From contig CAXXXD010000004.1 of the NCBI GenBank assembly GCA_963663385.2, positions 928,001 to 992,000 on the forward strand: a stretch of 64,000 bases of DNA, written 5' to 3'. Shown one piece after another: positions 41,364-50,421 of the stretch. The notes under the pieces were generated by a model that searched no databases, was not told the origin of the DNA, and worked only from the letters and a program-made list of their open reading frames with translations. The first letter of the stretch is position 1; each line of letters opens with the position of its first letter. The position numbers and the translations under genes were made by a program. The stretch is from Oceanispirochaeta sp. (GTDB taxonomy: Bacteria > Spirochaetota > Spirochaetia > DSM-2461).

Positions 41364-42008
41364 GTGGCAAATAATACAGGTGACGAGACTGCGGAAGAAA
41401 ACGTAAAGACGGGAGATGAAGCAGTAGAGGCAGTAACAGAAAACAATGTCGTTGATTTTGAAGCAGACGGCAGTATTGAAGAAGAGTCTGCAGAAGAAGA
41501 AAAACCCTCCGAGCTGGATGAAGCTCGTGCGGAAGCGGAAACTCTGAAAAAAGAGAACAGCGAATTAAAGGATCAGTATCTGAGAAAACATGCTGATTTT
41601 GAGAACTATCGCAAACGTATGGCCCGGGAAAAAGCGGATTCCGTTAGATACGGCAATCAGGAGCTCTTGAAGGATCTTATTGAGGTAATTGATAACTTTG
41701 ACAGAGCCATTAAATCTGCAGCGGATTCCCAGGATTTTGATTCCTTCAGAGAGGGGATCAGTATGATAGAGCAGCAGTTTACGGGAATGCTTCAAAGCAA
41801 GTGGGGACTGGAAAAAATGGAGTGCGAAGGAGCTGAATATGATCCCAACTCCCATGAAGCTCTAATGATGGAAGAATCTGAAGAACTGGAAGTGCCTACC
41901 GTACTTGAGGATTTTCAGGCCGGATACAAGTTGTATGAGAGGGTATTGAGACCCGCTAAAGTCAAAGTCGGCAAACCCGCAGCAGCGGCTGCTCCCGACG
42001 AAAAATAG
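41364..42008 (+). CDS. grpE: Nucleotide exchange factor GrpE
   Basis: [43 protein letters not shown]. Confidence 0.97.
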   Translation: MANNTGDETAEENVKTGDEAVEAVTENNVVDFEADGSIEEESAEEEKPSELDEARAEAETLKKENSELKDQYLRKHADFENYRKRMAREKADSVRYGNQELLKDLIEVIDNFDRAIKSAADSQDFDSFREGISMIEQQFTGMLQSKWGLEKMECEGAEYDPNSHEALMMEESEELEVPTVLEDFQAGYKLYERVLRPAKVKVGKPAAAAAPDEK

Positions 42009-42040
42009 AACGAAGAGAAAATCAGGTAAGGAGAACCGAA

Positions 42041-43975
42041 ATGGGACGAATAATAGGAATAGACCTTGGAACAACCAACTCTTGTGTTGCTGTAATGGAA
42101 GGGGGAGAGCCCGTAGTTATCCAGAATGAGGAGGGGCAGAGAACAACTCCTTCCATGGTGGCATTCACTGACAAGGACGAACGCCTTGTGGGGCAGCCTG
42201 CCAAAAACCAGATGGTAACCAACCCCGAACATACTATCTATTCTATCAAGAGATTTATGGGTCGTCACTACAACGAAGTAAGTGAAGAGTTGACCATGAT
42301 TCCCTATCATGTCACTGAAGGTGCCAATGGTGATGTCCGTGTTGATATAAACGGAAAACATCAGTCCCCTCCCGAAATATCTGCAGCGATTCTGCAGAAG
42401 ATGAAAAAAACGGCGGAAGACTATCTGGGTGAGACCGTAACCGAAGCGGTTGTTACCGTTCCGGCTTACTTCAATGACGCACAGAGACAGGCTACCAAAG
42501 ATGCCGGTCGTATTTCCGGTCTTGATGTAAAGAGAATTGTTAATGAGCCAACCGCAGCGGCCCTTTCCTATGGTTTCGGGAAGGAACACAAGGAACAGAA
42601 AATTGCCGTATACGACCTGGGTGGCGGTACTTTCGATATCTCCATCCTGGATATGGCGGAGGGTGTATTCGAAGTACGTTCTACCAATGGCGATACTCAC
42701 CTGGGCGGTGACAACTTTGACCAGAAGGTTATTGACTGGCTGGTTGGGGAATTCAAAAAAGATCAGGGGATTGATCTGTCTCAGGACAGGATGGCTCTGC
42801 AGAGACTGAAGGAGGCTGCGGAAAAGGCCAAAAAAGAGCTGTCTTCCACTCAGACTACGGATATAAACCTGCCCTTTATTACGGCAGATGCATCCGGTCC
42901 CAAACACCTTCAGTACAACCTGACCAGGGCAAAATTTGAACAGATGACTTCAGATCTTGTAGAAAGAACCAAGATCCCCTGTCAGAAAGCTCTGAAAGAT
43001 GCCGGTTATACCGCTGCCGATATTGACGAAGTTATCCTGGTAGGTGGTTCTACAAGAATCCCTGCTGTACAGGCGCTTGTGAAATCCCTGTTTCAGAAGG
43101 AACCCCACAAGGGTGTAAACCCCGATGAAGTTGTAGCCATGGGTGCTGCCATCCAGGGTGGAGTTCTGGGAGGAGATGTAAACGACATTCTTCTGCTGGA
43201 CGTTACGCCCCTTTCTCTTGGAATTGAAACACTGGGAGGTGTGTTTACCAAGCTGATTGAACGGAATACAACTATTCCTACCAAAAAGAGCCAGGTATTC
43301 TCTACTGCTGCGGATAACCAGAATGCCGTATCCATCCATGTAATGCAGGGAGAACGGGAGATGGCTTCCCAGAACAGAACTCTCGGTAAGTTTGACCTGG
43401 TTGGTATTCCTCCTGCACCACGTGGTGTTCCCCAGATCGAAGTAACATTTGATATTGACGCCAACGGTATTGTCCATGTATCCGCCAAGGACCTGGGAAC
43501 AGGTAAGGAGCAGAAAATCCGAATCGAGTCTTCATCCGGTTTGAGCGAAGACGAGATTGACAAGATGGTACGGGAAGCTGAGCAGAATGCCGAAGCGGAT
43601 AGGGCAATCCGGGAAAAAGCGGAAGTCACGAACGAAGCGGACAATCTGATTTATACCACAGAGAAGTCTCTGACCGATTTCGGCGACAAGGTTTCTGCGG
43701 AAGACAAGAGCAAGATCGAAGCTTCCGTGGAAGCTCTGAAAACCGCTGTTCAGGGAGGAGATCTGGAATCTATCAAAGCCAAGGTGGAAGAGCTGAAACA
43801 GGCTTCCTACAAGCTGGCCGAGGAGATGTATAAAGCCCAGGCTGCCGAACAGGGTGGACAGCCAGGCGCAGGCCCCGGACCCGATATGGGCGGCGCTCAG
43901 GATGCGGGCAATGCCTCTTCTGCAGGAAACGATGCGGAGGATGCAGACTACGAAGTTGTAGACGACGATAAATAA
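42041..43975 (+). CDS. dnaK: Chaperone DnaK
   Basis: [35 protein letters not shown]. Confidence 0.99.
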   Translation: MGRIIGIDLGTTNSCVAVMEGGEPVVIQNEEGQRTTPSMVAFTDKDERLVGQPAKNQMVTNPEHTIYSIKRFMGRHYNEVSEELTMIPYHVTEGANGDVRVDINGKHQSPPEISAAILQKMKKTAEDYLGETVTEAVVTVPAYFNDAQRQATKDAGRISGLDVKRIVNEPTAAALSYGFGKEHKEQKIAVYDLGGGTFDISILDMAEGVFEVRSTNGDTHLGGDNFDQKVIDWLVGEFKKDQGIDLSQDRMALQRLKEAAEKAKKELSSTQTTDINLPFITADASGPKHLQYNLTRAKFEQMTSDLVERTKIPCQKALKDAGYTAADIDEVILVGGSTRIPAVQALVKSLFQKEPHKGVNPDEVVAMGAAIQGGVLGGDVNDILLLDVTPLSLGIETLGGVFTKLIERNTTIPTKKSQVFSTAADNQNAVSIHVMQGEREMASQNRTLGKFDLVGIPPAPRGVPQIEVTFDIDANGIVHVSAKDLGTGKEQKIRIESSSGLSEDEIDKMVREAEQNAEADRAIREKAEVTNEADNLIYTTEKSLTDFGDKVSAEDKSKIEASVEALKTAVQGGDLESIKAKVEELKQASYKLAEEMYKAQAAEQGGQPGAGPGPDMGGAQDAGNASSAGNDAEDADYEVVDDDK

Positions 43976-43988
43976 GATAGACTACAAT

Positions 43989-44020
43989 ACAATACCCCCG
44001 TCTGCCGGGGGTATTGTTTA
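43989..44020 (+). terminator. Hairpin between dnaK and dnaJ (terminator or mRNA stabiliser)
   Basis: ACAATACCCCCG-tctgc-CGGGGGTATTGT, then TTA. Confidence 0.6.
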
Positions 44021-44038
44021 TAAAGGAAGAGAAGATCC

Positions 44039-45163
44039 GTGTCAAAAAGGGATTATTATGAAGTTCTGGAGATCGAAAAGAACGCTTCTCCGGAGGAAAT
44101 TAAAAAAGCATACAGAAAGCTGGCGATAAAATATCATCCCGATAGGAATCAGAACAGCAAGGACGCCGAGCAGAAGTTCAAGGAAGCTACAGAGGCTTAT
44201 GAGGTTCTGTCGGATGCCCAGAAAAAACAGGCTTACGATCAGTACGGATTCGCTGGTGTGGACAACATGGGCGGACCCGGTTTCAACGCTTCGGCGTTTT
44301 CGGGGTTTGAAGATATTTTCGGCGGTGATTTTTCCGGTATCTTTGATTCTTTTTTCGGCGGCGGCATGGGCGGCCGCAGTTCCGGCGGTCGGCGAGGACC
44401 TGCCAGAGGCAGCGACCTTCGCTATGATCTGGAAGTGGATTTCAAGGATGCCGTATACGGTGATAAAGTAGAGGTGGAATTCTATCGTCAAACCTCCTGT
44501 GGCGTCTGCCACGGTTCGGGCGCTGCATCGGGAACGGGAACCAGAACCTGTCCCACCTGCGGCGGATCGGGTCAGGTAAGACGGAACTCCGGTTTCTTTT
44601 CCATTGCCTCCCCCTGTTCCACCTGTCATGGTGAGGGGACAATTATCGAAAATCCCTGTACTGTCTGTCATGGAAAGGGTGTTGTCAGAGAACGTCAGAA
44701 ACTGAAGGTCACCATCCCTGCCGGTATTGCGCCCGGTAAGAGGATCCGTCTCGACAGTCAGGGGGATGCCGGACCCAAGGGCGGCCCTGCGGGCGATCTT
44801 TATGTGTATGTACACATCAGAGATCATGAGTACTTTGAGAGAGACGGTTACGATCTGTATTGTGCCGTCCCGATCTCCTTTACCCAGGCCGCCATGGGCG
44901 GTGAGGTTTTTGTGCGGACTCTGGATGACAAGAAGATCAAACTGAAAATCGCAGCTGGAACACAGACCGGTAAGGTCCTGCGGATCCGGAACGAAGGTGT
45001 GCCCGTTCTGCATGGTTCCGGTCGGAAGGGCGATATGTATGTAAAACTGCAGATTGTAACGCCTAAAAAGCTGAGCACCAAACAGAAGGACCTGCTGAAG
45101 CAGTTTGCCGATAACTACGGGGTGGAATCTGAACCCGAACCGATTCGTTTGAAGGAACTGTAG
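44039..45163 (+). CDS. dnaJ: Chaperone DnaJ
   Basis: J-domain HPD, G/F-rich region, four CxxCxGxG repeats. Confidence 0.99.
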   Translation: MSKRDYYEVLEIEKNASPEEIKKAYRKLAIKYHPDRNQNSKDAEQKFKEATEAYEVLSDAQKKQAYDQYGFAGVDNMGGPGFNASAFSGFEDIFGGDFSGIFDSFFGGGMGGRSSGGRRGPARGSDLRYDLEVDFKDAVYGDKVEVEFYRQTSCGVCHGSGAASGTGTRTCPTCGGSGQVRRNSGFFSIASPCSTCHGEGTIIENPCTVCHGKGVVRERQKLKVTIPAGIAPGKRIRLDSQGDAGPKGGPAGDLYVYVHIRDHEYFERDGYDLYCAVPISFTQAAMGGEVFVRTLDDKKIKLKIAAGTQTGKVLRIRNEGVPVLHGSGRKGDMYVKLQIVTPKKLSTKQKDLLKQFADNYGVESEPEPIRLKEL

Positions 45164-45181
45164 AACAGGATTCTACCGGAT

Positions 45182-45225
45182 AAAAGCCGTCTTGAACGCC
45201 ATTGGTGTAAAGGCGGCTTTTTTTT
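45182..45225 (+). terminator. Intrinsic terminator after dnaJ
   Basis: AAAAGCCGTCTT...AAGGCGGCTTTTTTTT. Confidence 0.75.
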
Positions 45226-45835
45226 AAGAACTGCAATCCAAACTCATTCAGCCCGGAGTAAGGCGTTTTAATCATAAACAGCTTACCTGCGTCTGAGCAT
45301 AGGCGCAGCTGTTCATCGCTGCACCCTTTTATTGCACTTGTGATGTAGAGATCTCCCTGACGGGTCAGGCACATGGATGTAGGGGATGGTACGGGAAGAG
45401 TATATTCTCTATCCAGGCAGCCGTCATTTCTGAAGCGGCTGATCCGGAATCCCTGCCAGTGTCCCATCCAGACTCCTCCCCTACCATCCAGTACTATGCC
45501 ATCGGGGTACCCCTTCTCTTCGGGAAGGGATAGGAATACCTCTCCCTGTGAAAAAATCCCTGTTTCTCTGTTATAGCGGTATTTCCGGATACAACTGCCG
45601 AATGTTTCCGCCAGGAAGAAGCTTTCACCATCCGGACTGAAAGGCCATTCCGTTGGGTAGGGCCCGATCGGGCAAACCCGGATCTGACTCCAGTTCAAAA
45701 TTCTCATTAAGCAGAAGTATCCTGTCCTGAAGCGGGCATATCCAGCCCCCGTTCTGCCGGAAACCCAGAGCCCGGGGATGTCCGGGGACCGGGTAGTTTC
45801 TGATTTCACCTGATCGGTTATCAAAGGAGCGGCAG
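45226..45835 (-). pseudogene. SMP-30/gluconolactonase family pseudogene (5'-truncated, internally deleted, frameshifted)
   Basis: One frame gives GEIRNYPVPGHPRALGF...LPNGMAF; another continues SPDGESFFLAET...YPDGIVLDGRGGVW...DLYITSA; one extra base near 45640. Confidence 0.8.
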
Positions 45836-45856
45836 GATGATGGCCAAAGTGGCTCC

Positions 45857-46392
45857 ATGGATGATGCTACTCCCATCCCGGGAATTGCCCCCCCCAGGGG
45901 TCTTTCCAGTGATGAAATCCTGAGTATGGAAGACCTTCCTGTCAGTATGACTATTATTGGCGGTGGCGTAATCGGCGTGGAGATGGCACTGATTTTTCTC
46001 TCTTTCGGTGTAAAAATCAATGTGGTGGAAATGGAAACCCGTCTTCTGCCTTTTATGGATAAATCCATATCCGTCTTTATTGAAAAACTACTAAAAAGAG
46101 AAGGGCGCCGGGATCTATACCGGTGTCCGTCTGGATAAGATCTGCGATACGGGAAAATCTGGTCCTGGATCTCTCCACGGGAGATAAGCTGGAATCGGAA
46201 AAGCCTCTCCTGTCCATAGGCTGTATACCGGATCTGAGTGTGCCGGGTGTTATGGATATTAAAACAGAAATAGAGAGCATTCTGGTTGATGAATATCAAA
46301 AGACCAGAATTGACGGTATCTATGCCGCCGGTGATATCACCGGTCAGAAGATGCTGGCCCATGCTGTACTCATCTGCCGAAGAAAAAAGTAA
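45857..46392 (+). pseudogene. Dihydrolipoamide dehydrogenase-like (LpdA) fragment, frameshifted and truncated at both ends
   Basis: IIGGGVIGVEMA...VVEMETRLLP in one frame; VDEYQKTRIDGIYAAGDITGQKMLAH in another; no N-terminal FAD/CxxxxC region and no interface domain. Confidence 0.85.
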
Positions 46393-46547
46393 AATCGGCT
46401 GTCTGATCCTTAAAAAGAACTGTTTTGATTTGATAGGGCCATCTGCTGGACTCCGGTTCAATGGATGGCCCTCTTTTTTTTGACGGTTTAAAGAGAATTG
46501 TCTTTGCCTTGATACTATGCTATCTTTTGACTGATTGGGAGCTTTGA

Positions 46548-46892
46548 GTGATTCAGAAAGATCGGAATTTTCTAATTGAGGTTGCAAAAAAATACTATTT
46601 CGATGGTTGTTCGCAACAGGAAATAGCTAAGTATTATAATATCTCACGACCCAGCGTTTCAAATATCCTGAAACAGTGCAAGGAAGAGAAAATTGTCGAA
46701 ATCCGTATTCAGGAGAGCGAATCCTCACTGGTGCGGGCATTGGGTGAAAGGCTGAAAAATATTCCGGAGGTAATCGGAGTGGCGTGCGGTTCGGAAAAAG
46801 CCGATGCCATATCGGGAGCTATCAATGGCGGCCTTGTGAATTCCATAGTCACCGATGAGAATACAGCACTTCGAATCCTGAGCCGTTCATGA
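46548..46892 (+). CDS. SorC/DeoR-type sugar-binding regulator with a large in-frame internal deletion (possible pseudogene)
   Basis: N-terminal HTH VAKKYY...SQQEIA...ISRPSVSNIL fused directly to the C-terminal IPEVIGVACGSEKADAI...IVTDENTA; only 114 aa. Confidence 0.75.
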   Translation: MIQKDRNFLIEVAKKYYFDGCSQQEIAKYYNISRPSVSNILKQCKEEKIVEIRIQESESSLVRALGERLKNIPEVIGVACGSEKADAISGAINGGLVNSIVTDENTALRILSRS

Positions 46893-46903
46893 TAATATAA
46901 CCC

Positions 46904-48751
46904 ATGCCGAAAATCCCCGAAACAATCGGAAAATATAAAATTCTCTCCTGCCTGGGAGAAGGCGGCACCAGTATCGTGTACTCTGCTACCCATCCCACTC
47001 TCAAGCGGAAGGTTGTCCTGAAAAAACTGAATCTCCGTGGAAACCGGCAGCATTACGAGCGTTTCCGGCAGGAAGCCGCTCTGATGATGGATCTGAATCA
47101 TGATAACATCGTCCGGGTTTATGATCATTTTAAAGAGGGGAGCAAGCACTATATTGTCATGGAATTTGTGGAAGGCTGTTCCCTTGATACGATTCTGAAA
47201 AAAGGCGGTCCTCTGCCTCCCGGTGCCGCACGTTATGTGCTGGAAAGCTGCTGTCGGGCACTGGCTTATATTCATTCCAGAAATATCATTCACAGGGATA
47301 TTAAACCCTCCAATATATTTATCTCTGCTACAGGGGATGTCAAGCTGGGAGACTTCGGAATAGCCCAGCTGGAGAGTGCAAACGAATCCAGCGGTGAGTT
47401 TGTGCCGATCGGGACTCCATCCTATATGGCGCCGGAACAGTTTCTGCCCCATGCCAAAATCAGCAGCAGGACAGATATCTATGCCCTGGGGGTGACGCTT
47501 TATGAAATTCTTACAGGTAAAAAACTCTTTGACGGGGAAACTCTGGATGAATTGAAAAGGAACATTCTCCGATCGCACCATCCCTCTCTTTTTTCACTGG
47601 TTCCATCTATGGGGATTGTTCTATATCGGATTGTGGCAAAAAGTACCCGTAAAAGACCTGGTTTCCGATATGCTGCAGTTATGCCGGTCCGGAAACTGTT
47701 GAGGTTTGTGGCGCCAAAAGTAAAAAATCCGGATGCCGTCGCTGTCCTGCAGGTGCTGGCAGGGGCGGCAGGAGGAGGGAGTGTTTCCAGTAAGAAGAAA
47801 CCCTTACCGTCTCATCCTTCGATTCCCCATAAAGGAACCAGGTCTGTAAACACCCTGATTCTGATTCTTTTTTCTGTTGCTGTTTTGGCAGGTACATCTC
47901 TGTTCTTTGTCAGAACCGGAGCATTCTATCGAACCTTCTATTCCCGAAGCAAAGGGGCTCTTCAGATTCAGGTGCTTTCCGGTGATGAGTCATTTCCTCA
48001 TACGGGAGACTTGAACCTCTATAGGGATAAAGTGCGATATCTGGAGCCCATTCGGACATTGGACCTGTCAGAAAACAGGGGGTTTTCTGATATCTTCTAT
48101 CTTGATACCGGGAATTACCGGATTATGGTCCGCTGGGGGAGTCAGGTGGAGTGGATACTGTTCTACCTCCCTCCTATGGCACATCAGAAAGATGTGTTGA
48201 TTCTGGATGTGAACAGTCCGGTCATCCCCCGGAAGCCCCTGATCGTTCAAACCTGTATAAGCAATGCCATGACCAATCAGGATCTTGGTGAAAACTCTGT
48301 TGTTTCTGTCCAGTTCGAGGACGGCAAATGGTCTGAGTTGAAAAACCAGGAACTCGAAACCGGCCATGCCTACCGGTTGAAAGTAGAGTGCCCGGGCTTT
48401 TATCCGCGTTATCTGAATACTCCGTTGCAGTTTTATCAGGACAGGCTGGATCTGCAGGTTCAGATGATACCCCTGCCTGGTGTATTAAAAGTTGCTAATA
48501 GTGCGGATCGTTTGACTCTGCTTGTTAATGGAGAGAAATATCTGCCCGGAGGCGGAGAAAATCGTGATATCGTCAAATTCGGCAGAATCGAAGAGGGCGC
48601 CTGGGAGTGGGTGCTTTCCCCGGGTGTGTATAATCTGAGATGGAAAAGCGGAGAATCTGTCGTGGAAGAATCGCTTTCTGTTGAAACTTCCGGGATTTAT
48701 GAATACTCACTTCGTAAAATTGATGATAGACTCATTGTCGAGTCTGATTAA
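46904..48751 (+). CDS. Hanks-type Ser/Thr protein kinase with TM and extracytoplasmic beta-rich domain
   Basis: LGEGG, VVLK, HRDIKPSN, DFG, GTPSYMAPE, DIYALG; TM LILILFSVAVLAGTSLFF. Confidence 0.93.
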   Translation: MPKIPETIGKYKILSCLGEGGTSIVYSATHPTLKRKVVLKKLNLRGNRQHYERFRQEAALMMDLNHDNIVRVYDHFKEGSKHYIVMEFVEGCSLDTILKKGGPLPPGAARYVLESCCRALAYIHSRNIIHRDIKPSNIFISATGDVKLGDFGIAQLESANESSGEFVPIGTPSYMAPEQFLPHAKISSRTDIYALGVTLYEILTGKKLFDGETLDELKRNILRSHHPSLFSLVPSMGIVLYRIVAKSTRKRPGFRYAAVMPVRKLLRFVAPKVKNPDAVAVLQVLAGAAGGGSVSSKKKPLPSHPSIPHKGTRSVNTLILILFSVAVLAGTSLFFVRTGAFYRTFYSRSKGALQIQVLSGDESFPHTGDLNLYRDKVRYLEPIRTLDLSENRGFSDIFYLDTGNYRIMVRWGSQVEWILFYLPPMAHQKDVLILDVNSPVIPRKPLIVQTCISNAMTNQDLGENSVVSVQFEDGKWSELKNQELETGHAYRLKVECPGFYPRYLNTPLQFYQDRLDLQVQMIPLPGVLKVANSADRLTLLVNGEKYLPGGGENRDIVKFGRIEEGAWEWVLSPGVYNLRWKSGESVVEESLSVETSGIYEYSLRKIDDRLIVESD

Positions 48752-48775
48752 AAAATCTAGAAAATTGGAATAACC

Positions 48776-49462
48776 ATGGAGCATAAAAAAGTTATAGTCC
48801 CTATGATCTCATCTGTTTTTCCGGAACTGCTGAGTCCGGAAGAACTTGAAGCATTTAATCTGCAGTTTGATCAGTTGGGGCGGCCCCTGTCTGTAGACTA
48901 TCGTTCCTGGTCGGAATACCCGGACAGACCGGAAGTTTCTCTTCGAATTGCCTGCAGCAGCGAGTATCTGTTTGTAAAGTTTTATGTAAAGGAAAGGGAG
49001 ATCCTGGGGCGGTATGAGAACGATAATGAACCTGTGTATCTGGACAGCTGTGTTGAGGTTTTTCTCTCTCCCGACGGAACAGGTTACTATTATAATTTTG
49101 AATTCAACTGTCTTGGGAGCTGCCTGGCTCAGGTCGGGCAGAACCGTCAGAATCGCGAAGCTCTGGATCCGGTACTTCTGGAAAAGATTGTAAGGGTGCC
49201 TTCACTTGGACATAAAACATGTCATATCCGGAATGAGGGGCCCCTTGCTGAAGCCGAGCCCTGGAACCTGCTTGTCGCTATTCCTCTTTCCTGCTTTATA
49301 AAGGATGATATCGACAGCTTTAAAGGGCAGAAATTCAGGGGGAACTTTTACAAATGCGGGGATGACCTTTCGATTCCCCATTATCTGAGCTGGAACAGGA
49401 TTGAAACAGAGTTTCCGGATTTCCACCGGCCTGAGTACTTTGGGGAAGTCTGGATTAACTAG
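48776..49462 (+). CDS. Carbohydrate-binding family 9-like (DOMON-like) protein
   Basis: VYLDSCVEVF, YYNFEFNCLG, GNFYKCGD...PHYLSW...PDFHRPEYFG. Confidence 0.85.
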   Translation: MEHKKVIVPMISSVFPELLSPEELEAFNLQFDQLGRPLSVDYRSWSEYPDRPEVSLRIACSSEYLFVKFYVKEREILGRYENDNEPVYLDSCVEVFLSPDGTGYYYNFEFNCLGSCLAQVGQNRQNREALDPVLLEKIVRVPSLGHKTCHIRNEGPLAEAEPWNLLVAIPLSCFIKDDIDSFKGQKFRGNFYKCGDDLSIPHYLSWNRIETEFPDFHRPEYFGEVWIN

Positions 49463-49911
49463 ATCCTGTATTTTGAATCAATTGTAATTGTAACAGGGCC
49501 GTCATTGATCAGGGCTACTTCCATATGAGCTCCGAACAGGCCCGTTTCGACTCTGCCGTTCATCAGTTTATCCATAGTCTGAACAAACTGGTCAAAGAGA
49601 GGGATTGCTGTCTCGGGAGGAGCCGACAGGCTGAAGGAGGGGCGGTTCCCTTTTTTTGTACTGGCAAACAGGGTAAACTGGCTTATTAGAAGAACCTCTC
49701 CCTCTATATCCTGAACGGAAAGGTTCATCTTGTCTTCGCTGTCTGTAAAAATCCGCATTCCGCTTATTTTACGGGAGAGCCACAGGATATCTTCTTCCGT
49801 GTCGTCGGGAGAAATTCCCAGCAGGACAAGCAGGCCTTTCTCTATGCTGCGTCTTTCCCCGCCATTAATGACAACTGAAGCTTCGCTGACTCTCTGAAGA
49901 ACTGCTTTCAA
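49459..49911 (-). CDS. dtd: D-aminoacyl-tRNA deacylase
   Basis: KAVLQRVSEASV, SQFTL, KGNRPSF, NDGPVT; TTG start. Confidence 0.97.
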   Translation of the reverse strand: MKAVLQRVSEASVVINGGERRSIEKGLLVLLGISPDDTEEDILWLSRKISGMRIFTDSEDKMNLSVQDIEGEVLLISQFTLFASTKKGNRPSFSLSAPPETAIPLFDQFVQTMDKLMNGRVETGLFGAHMEVALINDGPVTITIDSKYRI

Positions 49912-49919
49912 AGCGGTCT

Positions 49920-50294
49920 CTACTTTATTGCAACAGCTTCGATCTCTATTTCGCCATCCAGGGGGAGCCTGGCTGCCTGTACAAGGGAACGTGCCGGTTT
50001 GTGATCGGAAAAGAAACGGGCGTATACTTCATTTATTTTTCCAAAATTATCCATGTCCTTGACAAAAACGGTTACTTTAACAACTTTTGCCAGACAGCTT
50101 CCTGCTTCTTCCAATACAGCTTTAACATTATTTAATGCCTGTTCTGTCTGTTTTTGAATGTCCCCTGTCAAGAGCTTTCCGGTGGCTGGGTCTATGGGAA
50201 GCTGACCGGAGGTAAATACCAGGCTTCCGGTATCAATCCCCTGGGAATACTGTCCTACCGCCGAAGGGGCTTTGTCTGTAGATACGGGTTTCAT
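49920..50294 (-). CDS. ridA: RidA/YjgF enamine deaminase
   Basis: APSAVGQYSQ, TSGQLP, VVKVTVF, PARS..LP...IEIEA; start moved to MKPV after GGAG. Confidence 0.93.
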   Translation of the reverse strand: MKPVSTDKAPSAVGQYSQGIDTGSLVFTSGQLPIDPATGKLLTGDIQKQTEQALNNVKAVLEEAGSCLAKVVKVTVFVKDMDNFGKINEVYARFFSDHKPARSLVQAARLPLDGEIEIEAVAIK

Positions 50295-50383
50295 ATGAAT
50301 TCTCCTTGCTGATTCCTCTCTGAACAGAGGCATCAAGTGGAAATTAATCTATCATTTCCTGTTTAAAAAAGCAAATACGTCAA

Positions 50384-50413
50384 TTGACACTGTTCGACTT
50401 TCCGGGGAATAAT
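50384..50413 (+). promoter_or_regulatory. Putative sigma70 promoter abutting the pyrG start codon
   Basis: TTGACA(50384)-N18-AATAAT(50408), 8 nt before the ATG. Confidence 0.55.
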
Positions 50414-50421
50414 TTAGGCCC

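Noticed and set aside
41346..41390. TTAGCA near the grpE start as a CIRCE half-site
   Set aside because: Only 6 of 9 bases match and there is no GAGTGCTAA partner at 9-nt spacing
45630..46160. Programmed frameshifting in the lactonase or LpdA fragments
   Set aside because: The genes are also truncated and internally deleted, and no slippery heptamer with stimulator was seen; decay is the simpler explanation
45625..46587. 320-aa minus-strand ORF as a real gene
   Set aside because: Mostly antisense to the LpdA fragment; only its last 60 or so codons are lactonase relic
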